This document shows, in pieces, positions 55,760-64,000 of a stretch of DNA of 64,000 bases. Positions within the stretch are counted from its first letter, which is position 1. Every line of letters starts with the position of its first letter. The DNA lies in NCBI GenBank assembly GCA_013265495.1, contig MU057809.1, forward strand, positions 1,353,062 to 1,417,061, given 5' to 3'. A program made the translations under genes and the position numbers. The stretch is from Vicugna vicugna (lineage: Eukaryota). The notes below the pieces were generated by a model. It did no database searches. It was not told the DNA's origin and saw only the letters and a list, made by a program, of their open reading frames with translations.

Positions 55760-57800
55760 AGTATGTATTCTTGAAGTAAAGTTTGGACAGCACAGAGGAG
55801 TAAAGATGAAAATTAAACCACCCCAAACATCTTTTATTTCCTTCCAGCATTTTTTCTTAGCACATCATAGAGAGATATTTTTCTTGTAAAAATGAGGTTG
55901 CACCGTAAGTACACCTTGCTGTCTTGCTTTTTCTTACCGTCGTGTGGGTATTTTCCCCGCGGACACATTGGCTTTATTGACTATGTCATTCGCTCTGTGA
56001 ATGGATCTAAATTTTATAATCACTCCACTGCTGTTGACGTTTACGTTTCTAGTGGGACGGCATGGCTTTCCTTATATATTTGCTCGTGTAGTGTTCTCTC
56101 GGCTGATGATTGCCGTAGGATAGATTACATGTCGTTAACTTCTGCTGCTTTTGGCTTTGGTTTACCCAGTTCTTTACTCCCGTTTTAGTTGAATAGCAGA
56201 GTCTGTCGTGTTTTCTAATAGACGCATTTGAGGCTACACATTTCTCTGAAAGTATCACTTTAGCTGCACCCTGCAAGTCTTACTGTGCAATGCTTTTGTT
56301 GTAATTTACTTTCAAATATATTTCATGCTTTTCACTGTGATATCTCTTCACCCACAAATTGCTTAAGAGAACATCTTTTAGATTTATGATATGGAGGTCA
56401 TTATTGATTTCTAATTTATTTCATTAGAGTTAAAAAAATCTGTATTTTGATTCTTTTGTATCTGTTGAAGCTCTTCTTGTGGCATGGTGCGCAGACCATG
56501 TTTCACATGTTTTGTAGATTTCGCCATAGGATATTGCTTTTTGGTATTTAGTCTTCAGTTGTGGCCAGTTAGCCACATTTTAAAAATTATTTTTAAACAG
56601 CTTTCTCTGAGGAACGATTTATGTACCGTAGAACTGATCCGTTTAAAATGTGTAACTCAGCTGTTTTTAGTAAATTCACTCTGGATCCACCACCATCCCA
56701 CAAACCAATTTTGTAACATTGTCGTCCCCCTTGGGAGAAACCTGGTACCCATTCACAGTGGTCTCTTTTCCTGTATCTGTTCCCCTCAGTGTTCTGCGTG
56801 ATGAGAACGTCGTCTCCATCCTTGTTCCCGTTGTTAAAGCCTGCAATGTTCTTGCTAATTTGTTTGCTTCATTGTATTTGGGAGGTGTGTGGAAATCTTA
56901 TACTAAGATTGCAAACTCAACAATTTTTCTTTGAAATTCTTTCCCCCCCTTTATATATTTTGAAGTTAGGTTGGGTATGTGTAGGCTTAGACTGTTATTT
57001 CTCTGGGGTTTGTTTCTGTGAGCAGCGACTTTCTTCCTAAAGCTCTGATAGTGTTTCTGTTTAAAAGTCAGTTTTGTCTGACATTCTTCTTGCTGTTCCC
57101 AGCTGTATCTTTTCACCCTTTACTCTGGCTTTCTGTGTTGTCAAGCTTCATTGTTTCTTATCAGCCTTATGTTGCCAGCCTTTGGTTTTTAATGTAATCT
57201 GAGCAGCTCTTTATTTTAACAGACAACTTGATCTGTTTCATTTGTTGAACTTACTGGTATGTTTGAACCTGTTTTCATGATATTCTTTTTTTTTTAAGTG
57301 ATAGCAAATTTATTTAGAGAGATACACATTCCATAGGCAGAATGTGGACTATCTCAAAAAGTGAGAGCAGCTTCTTTTGTATTTTTAAAACCTTTCCCGT
57401 TCATTATTGTTGCTCCTTTTACCTCCTTTTCTGCCCTCCATTGGATCAATAAAACTTTTGTTGTTTCAGTCTTTCTTCCTCTGGTTTTAAAGTTATGCAT
57501 TCCACTTAAGTTCTTTAGTGGTTACTCTTACACACAAACTGTATTTAGAAAGTCGAAAGTTAGTTAGAATCTCTATCCTCTGTTCCAACAACACAAGGGT
57601 CCCGAGCACTGTAACTCCAGTCCAGACAGTCTTCCATGGCTCGTTGTCTTTATTTTGATTCTGTCTTGTTCTAAGCTTCTTCAGAGTTACTTATTTTTAA
57701 TTTTTAAAGTCAGTGCTTTTTTAGATTTGCCCACATGTTTACTGGTTTCTTTGCTCCTTGCTTTTTTCTTTTTCACTGTTCTTTTTCCTTCTTACTGAGC
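55760..57800 (-). mobile_element. AT-rich degenerate L1M remnants in BRAT1 intron 2
   Basis: Long T-rich tract with old-L1 motifs (gcatttgaggctacacatttctctgaaagtatcactttagctgcaccc, cactctggatccaccaccatccca). Boundaries approximate. Confidence 0.6.
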
Positions 57801-58295
57801 CATAGTCCTTTCTAAGGGCCTCTCTGTGGAAGCGCTCGGAGCCCTGCCCCGGGTCGCCGGCTCCCGCCGGCCCGTCTGTGGTTGCGCGCGGACGTGTCAG
57901 GTGCCGGGTCTGGAATCAGGGCCTGCTTGCTGTGCCCGTTGCTTTGGAGCTCAGTGTAAGAGAGAGGCGTCCATCGGAGAGGTGAAGCCTGCCTTCTGCT
58001 TTAATTTGCGTCTCTTTTACATGATGTGCAAGGCAGAGCGTCTTCGCAGGTTTCTGGTCATTTGTATTTCCTGTCCACGTCCCTTGCTTGTCGTTGAGGT
58101 GTCGGCTTGCGAGTTTGTCCCCTCGTTGAATTAAAGTCACCGTCCTTTGTTGCAGTTTTGCAAACATTTTCTCCCAGTTGGACTGCTCAGTTGAACCTGA
58201 GAGAAAGGGTGTCTGGGAGGTGACAGGAGAATGGTCCCCCAGGGAGGCAGGCACTGCGCCCCGGTGACACGCTGCCTGGCTGCGCCTGCCTCCAG

Positions 58296-58450
58296 GGCCC
58301 AGTCTCCTGTTGCTGCAGGAGAACCCTTGCCTGGTGGAGCTGCTGTTCCGCGTGCTGAAAGCCCACGACCCGCATCCCAGAGTCCTCTCCTTCTCACTCC
58401 GCCTCGCAGGGCTGTTTGCAGCCCAGGAAGACTGCTTCCAGTATCTTCAG
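58296..58450 (+). CDS. BRAT1: BRAT1 exon 3
   Basis: 155 nt, ..[39 protein letters not shown]; bounded by cag and gtgagc. Confidence 0.96.
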
Positions 58451-59335
58451 GTGAGCCTGAGTCGTCCCTCTCAAGGCCTGCTGTGGCTTTAGAGGCTTGA
58501 CAGGCTGCAGGCTGCCCTTCAGTCTGGCGGTTGGCCCCCTGTGTGCGGGGACGAGGGACACCTGCAGGTTCAGGCTCTGCGGGGCAGTGGGAGGGTGCCC
58601 TCCCATCCTGCATCCGTGGTGCTGGCTTGGCCTCCTGCCCCTTCACAGACTCCCGGGGGATCTGGCAGCCCCCGGGTTTGCTACTCACTGTTTTGAGACC
58701 TCTGTGGTGAACAAGAATCTTGGGCACATGACGGGAAATGAGGACAGTGCATGACTGTACCATGGATGTCCATAAGCCAGGGGGGGTTGACTGAAGAGTT
58801 AGTCACTGCCAGCTAGGGGTCAGCTTCATGGGGGCGGTGGGCTCATAGCTGGGTCGTAAGGGGTTTGAGCAGTGGTAAGTGCAGGGCAAGCCTGATACAT
58901 GGGGCGTGTTGGGGAATCTGGGGTGGGGGACACCTGGAGGAGGGCAGGGGCCCTGGAAGACCCCACTTCCCAAGTGTAAGAGCCCAGTAGGCTGTGGGGA
59001 CCTTTGGGGGTCCTTGAGCACAGGATGTCCTGGTGAGAGGGGGGCCTTTGGCACCGTAGTTGGTGGACCATTTGGAGGAGGGGTTTTTGAAGTGAACTGT
59101 GACAGTTGGTGAGCCTTTCTGTAAAACCCAATTCTCCAGAAGCTCTTTTCCCATCAGTTGGTTCTGGTGGCCACCTGACACCTCCCAGAAGCACAGCTGC
59201 CCACAGGCACTTTGTGTGGGCAGCTCACGAGAAAGGTCCCCCAGAGAAGTGCTCTGAACCAGCTCTGAACAACAGAAAAGCCATCTCTGATCTGCGGAAC
59301 TTCCCCAGGTTACCCCTTCCTCCTCTGTTTCCCAG

Positions 59336-59483
59336 CAGGGGGAGTTGCTGCCCATGCTCTTCGGGGAGGCGGGGCCCCTCGGAGGGGCCGCCTGGACCGC
59401 CCCCACAGTGCGCAGTGGCTGGCTGCAGGGCCTGCGCTCCCTGGCCCAGCACCCCAGTGCCCTGCTCTTCCTTGCTGACTGTG
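59336..59483 (+). CDS. BRAT1: BRAT1 exon 4
   Basis: 148 nt, [42 protein letters not shown]; cagCAG acceptor, donor gtgagt. Confidence 0.95.
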
Positions 59484-59980
59484 GTGAGTGCCCCATCTGC
59501 CCCTCCTTCAGCCTCTGTCCTCACTCTGCCTGATGCTGTGTGACTTCAGGGAAATCGCTGCACCTTTCTGGGCCTCGTGCTCTAAACGTGAAAATGGCTG
59601 TGATATCACAGGGCCGTTGTGAGGAACATTCAGGGTAACCAGGGGTTGGAGGCCCCTCAAGGGTGTGTGGTGCCCTGTGGCTCATTGGTCGGACCCAGCA
59701 GCTGGGGTGGCTTTGGAACTGACTGGAAAGAATCAAAAGTGGCCAGACTTCTAAAGCCCCTCGCACATGAACCCTCCGTTCTGGTTCCTTTGCCTCTGAG
59801 CAGAGGGGAGGCTGGGCCTCTCTCGGAGCCTCCGTGGTGCGTGGCATTTGAGCTCTGGCCGTGAGGTTCTGAAATCCAGTGCTTAAAGCCGCTCAGTGGT
59901 TTCAGCGTCCCTGCTGTCCACTGTGGACTCACTTCCAGCTGAACCTTGTTTCTTTCCCTGCCCCTTGTCCCCTCCCCCAG

Positions 59981-60353
59981 GTGCTGTTGACACCATCTTC
60001 TCCCTGCAGGGAGATTCCAGCCTGTTTGTGGCCTCAGCAGCTGGACAGCTCCTGGTGCACATCCTTGCCTTGGCGATGCAAAGCCCAGCCGAGGGACATC
60101 CCAGCCCCCAGGGGTGTGACTGGCCAGCGTGTGCCCAGAAGATTGTGTGTCACGTCGAAGACTCCCTGCACTCCACAGCCACCCCGCAGGTCACGCAGGC
60201 CCTGAACGTCCTGACCACCACGTTTGGGCACTGCCACGGCCCATGGACACAGGGCCTCTGGGTGCGGCTGAGCCCCCTCGTGGCCTGTCTGCTCGAGAAA
60301 GACCCCATCCCAGCCTCACACTCGCTCATGGATCTCCTCCTCAGTGTGGCCCG
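59981..60353 (+). CDS. BRAT1: BRAT1 exon 5
   Basis: 373 nt, [20 protein letters not shown]...DLLLSVAR; bounded by cag and gtcagg. Confidence 0.96.
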
Positions 60354-60631
60354 GTCAGGCCCCCGGGGTGCAGCTTTGGGGGGGGGTGCGGGCAGGACTG
60401 GGGGGGCTTGTTTTCCTCGGGAAGTTTTACACCTGGGGCCATGTCTCATCAGCTCCCCAAGAACGCTGCCTTGAGTAGAGGGAATGCCAGAGGATTTCAA
60501 AGCCTGCACAGCTGGGGTGGGCCTCCCGTCTCAGCCAAGCACGCCGGGCCGCAGCAGTCCCGCTGGGCACCGGTGGGCTTTGGCGGGCTGGATGGAGGAA
60601 TAACATTTTCTTCCTGGGTCCTCTCCTGCAG

Positions 60632-60748
60632 TTCTCCTGTGGGGAGTTCTGACTGTGGCCTGTGGGAGACTTTGGCACAGACTCTGAGCCATCTGAGCCC
60701 CATACAAGCAGGGCCTCTGGCTTTAGGGATCCTGAAACTGCAGGACTG
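60632..60748 (+). CDS. BRAT1: BRAT1 exon 6
   Basis: 117 nt, SPVGSSDCGLWETLAQTLSHLSPIQAGPLALGILKLQD; bounded by cag and gtaagg. Confidence 0.95.
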
Positions 60749-61781
60749 GTAAGGATTGGGGTTCACCTTCCGTGAGGCAGGCAGAGAGGTCAGAGAACTT
60801 CAGGGGAGCTCCTGGAACCAGGGCTCAGTCAGGCGGCTGTCCAGGGCATGGCCAGGCAGTGCGTGGATGGTCACCAAGGCACTGGCACACATTGTGTCTT
60901 CTGTACTCTTAGTGGCAGAATAACTTTTTCATTGGCTCCGCAGAGATAGAAGGGACTCTTGGAGCAGCCCTGCTCAGTGTAGGGCTGGGTTCGTACCCAG
61001 GATCTGCTTAGCTGTCTTCTGACCCCTCCCTGGTGGCCTCAGCTTGTGGATCCTGGGCCTCCCAGGGCTGTGGGACAGCGGAGGGGGGCCCAGCAGGCAG
61101 GAGTGGTGGGACAGCTTCCCAGAGGGCAGGGTGTGTGTGCCCTTCCTGGAAGAGGGTGCGGGGTCCAGAGGGGTGAGAAGGGAGAGGGAGTCATTCCAGG
61201 GCTCCGTGTAGAGGACAGCCGGTCCTGTCGGCCCGGGCCAGGTGGCGTGGCCACGGGACCCGCTCGCTGGCGTGCTGCGGGTGTGGGGCAAGCCCGGATC
61301 TGGGCTCCAGGGTCTCCTGATGTTCAGTGAGAGGGAGTGGTCCGAAGGGGAAGGGAAGGGTTGGGCAGCCGACTTGGGAGGAGAGTTCTGGGCCAGCTTA
61401 GCCTCCCAGCCACCCCAGGCCCAAGCACGGCGGCGAGAGCGTGTTCCAGAGTCTAGGAAGGGATATCAGCCCTGGGGGTACTCCCGGGAGGTGGGGCAGC
61501 CCGACCCCTTGGCCAGGGCAGGCGCTGCCCATTGGAGTGGGTGTGGCCGGGCCTTACCGGGGCTCCTCCTGGGACCTGGGCCGTGCTTTCTAGCAGCTCC
61601 TGTGGAGTCCCTGTGCCAGTGATGTGAGTGCTGGTCAAGGTGCTTACAAGGAAACTGTTTCTCAGGGGAGTGTCCAGAGCCCCAGCCCCAGCCCCTTTGC
61701 CCCAGACCTGCTGGGGCTGTTAGGAGGGCAGCCAGGTCACCTGCAGGTGGGGGCAGCACTCACCATGTCCTCTGTTGCCAG

Positions 61782-61873
61782 TCCACAGGCACTGAAGACC
61801 CAGGCCTTTGGTGTCCTCCTCCAGCCCCTGGCCTGTGTCCTGAAAGCTGCTGCTCAGTCCCCTGGACCTCCAG
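61782..61873 (+). CDS. BRAT1: BRAT1 exon 7
   Basis: 92 nt, [30 protein letters not shown]; bounded by cag and gtaggc. Confidence 0.95.
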
Positions 61874-62552
61874 GTAGGCTGCTTGGGGGAAGGGTGGGCA
61901 GGCACAGGAGGGCAGGACCCTGGAGTCCTGAGCACGTCCGTGGGGCCGGGGCAGGCTGATGGGCAGTGGGGTACCTGGCTCGCTGCCTCACGTAAGAATG
62001 AAGGTGGCGGAGGTGTAGGCTGTCGTTCCAGGTGTGAATGCCGCTCATGTCTTCATGGCCTGGAGTTACTGGGGCATCATCTGAGGTGGCTCCCAGAGAG
62101 GTCAACCTTTGTCCCCTACCCCAGGCCCTGGCAGTCGGTGGTGGTTCTCAACCCAGAACGGGCTCATGGGCCTGCCACTCGTCCTCCCAGACTGTCTGGG
62201 TTCTGTGCAGGGGGCTGGGTGTCCTCTCTTGTGCCTTGTCTCGCTTCACGAGGGTGGAGGAGTAGAGAAGGGACCCGGCTGTGCCTGGTGGCCCCGTGTG
62301 AGCATGGAGGCAGGCCTCCTAGCCAGTGGGAGCTGGCCTGGGAACACAAAGGACAGGACTCCGTTCACGAGCCTTGCAGACAGGTTCAGACTGCAGCTCC
62401 AGCCAGCTGGACGTCATCCTGGACGAGCCACCTGCTCGGAATCTCTGGTCCTGGTCCCAATCTCTGGTGTGGATCAGTGGCCGGTGGTTAGGCCTGCAGC
62501 AGCCACACAGGAGGTGCCCACTAACCAGGAGCTGTTTCTGGTCGGCCTCCAG

Positions 62553-62671
62553 GTTTTCCAGAAGGGGCCACAGGCGACTCGATGACAGTGGACACGTTTC
62601 TCTCCTCCAAGTCGGCTTGTGTGGGTCTCCTGTGCCAGGCCCTGGCCCACCTGGAGCTGCTGCAACTGCTG
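62553..62671 (+). CDS. BRAT1: BRAT1 exon 8
   Basis: 119 nt, [39 protein letters not shown]; bounded by cag and gtgggt. Confidence 0.94.
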
Positions 62672-62745
62672 GTGGGTGTGGCCCTGGCCTGCGTCCACCC
62701 CGGCAGTGGGACTTGCGGCCGCACTGACTCTCCCTCCCCTCCCAG

Positions 62746-62932
62746 CCCCAGCGCCCCTCGCCCTGGCCCCAGGCGCCCCTGCTTCGGGCTGCGGTGGCAA
62801 TACTGCGCTTCTGCAATGGCTCAGCAGCCCCCACCAGTGACGTGGGGGGCCACCTGTGTGCGGTCCTGGCGGGCTGTGTCCGGGTCCAGCGAGCGGCCCT
62901 GGATTTCCTGGGGACGCTGTCTCAGGGGACGG
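62746..62932 (+). CDS. BRAT1: BRAT1 exon 9
   Basis: 187 nt, [13 protein letters not shown]...[20 protein letters not shown]; bounded by cag and gtaagt. Confidence 0.96.
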
Positions 62933-63155
62933 GTAAGTGAGGCTGCCTTCTCTTGTACAGCTCAGTCGGGTAAGCCCTACAGCTGCTCAGAGACGTTCCT
63001 GAGGCTGCTGTCCTCTCCTGTCTCCTTGGGGGCGGGGCTGGCATTCAGCTGACCACTGGCTCCTGTCCCCTGCTTTCCTTGGATTGACATGCTCCTGGAC
63101 TGAGGAGGCCCCAGAGTGGGAGGTTGGGTGCTTCATCCATCCACGTCTGTCTCAG

Positions 63156-63229
63156 GCCCCCAAGAGCTGGTGACGCAGGTGTTTGCCGTCCTCCTGGAGT
63201 ACCTCACAAGCCCTGACTCCAGCCCCACG
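63156..63229 (+). CDS. BRAT1: BRAT1 exon 10
   Basis: 74 nt, PQELVTQVFAVLLEYLTSPDSSPT; bounded by cag and gtacag. Confidence 0.95.
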
Positions 63230-63873
63230 GTACAGGTGCAGGGTTCAGGGTGGAGGGTGGGGGACTTGGGGCCAGGATTGCTTCTTAAAGTGAGTTTGGA
63301 CAGGCTGGTGGCCCTGGGCCTGGCATTGGTGGAGATGGAGTGAGGGGGTGCTGGGCCATGGAGAGCAGGGAGGGGGTCCAGTCTTACAGGGAATTCTCCA
63401 TGAGAGATGGAAACTAGAGCCAGGCGGGCCCTACACTTAGGGTCCAAACTCTCATTGACGTTTGCTGCGAGTTATCCATTTTCATGACACTGCGGTTGAG
63501 TTGTGCTCTGTGGGTGCAGAATTAGCACCATGTGCACTGAACAGCAGTGTGGAGGTTTGGACGACAGGCCTGGCGGATTCCTGGGACTTTAAGGAAAAGG
63601 TGCCCTGAGCAGTTTCTTGTGTTCTGGTGCAGAAATTTCATCTCACTGACAGTGGGAGGTCCTGACGGGAGCCACCCTCCTCCTCTCTCTCTTGGTCTTG
63701 GATCCTAGTCCTGCTGCTTCTAGAGGCTTCTGTCTCATCAGAACGAAGCCCAGCATTCCTCTCCCCACACCCCACTTTACCCCCAGGGCAGGGGCAGGAG
63801 CGCGGGGAGGTGGGCAGGGTGAGCAGGCCAGCTCAGCCCTCCTAGCCCTGCAGCCCTGCTCTGCCCGCTCCAG

Positions 63874-63976
63874 GTTCTGAAGAAGGCCTTCCAGGCCACA
63901 CTCAGGTGGCTCCTGGGCTCCCCCAAGGCCCCTAGCTGCTGCGACCTGGACCCCCACACCCAGTTGTTCCTCAGAG
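63874..63976 (+). CDS. BRAT1: BRAT1 exon 11
   Basis: 103 nt, [34 protein letters not shown]; bounded by cag and gtaacc. Confidence 0.95.
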
Positions 63977-64000
63977 GTAACCCTGGCCCCTCCAGGGTAA

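Larger units (their letters stand above)
55347..63976 (+). other. BRAT1: BRAT1 gene, first 10 coding exons (498 codons); continues beyond the window
   Basis: Spliced translation matches human BRAT1 as recalled ([39 protein letters not shown]...). All introns are GT-AG and phases are consistent. Confidence 0.97.

Overview
Mammalian genomic DNA, GC-rich, with one 160-N assembly gap. Three tRNA-Ala-derived SINEs of the Vic-1 type indicate a camelid (Camelus, Vicugna or Lama). The window matches the conserved TTYH3-IQCE-BRAT1 block. It holds the probable TTYH3 promoter/5'UTR at the left edge (minus strand, identified by synteny only). It also holds the IQCE gene on the minus strand (ATG 51953, stop 14083) and the first ten coding exons of BRAT1 on the plus strand (ATG 55347, running off the right edge). 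I mapped exons by hand from splice sites and my recollection of the human proteins. BRAT1 is intact over the part present. IQCE has three anomalies. (1) I can place 21 of its 22 exons, but the 71-nt exon 9 is not findable between exons 8 and 10, and a direct 8-to-10 splice gives a premature stop. (2) The expected exon 2 donor reads CT, with an in-frame GTGAGT 9 nt downstream. (3) The expected exon 21 donor reads AT, with an in-frame GTAAGG 27 nt downstream. These may reflect lineage-specific remodelling or decay of a ciliary Hedgehog-pathway gene, but a local assembly error is a serious alternative for the missing exon. The rest is ordinary eutherian repeat content (MIR, L2, L1M, MLT1, Tigger/MER). 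Almost all ORFs in the supplied track are GC-rich noise, and I see no prokaryote-type system.
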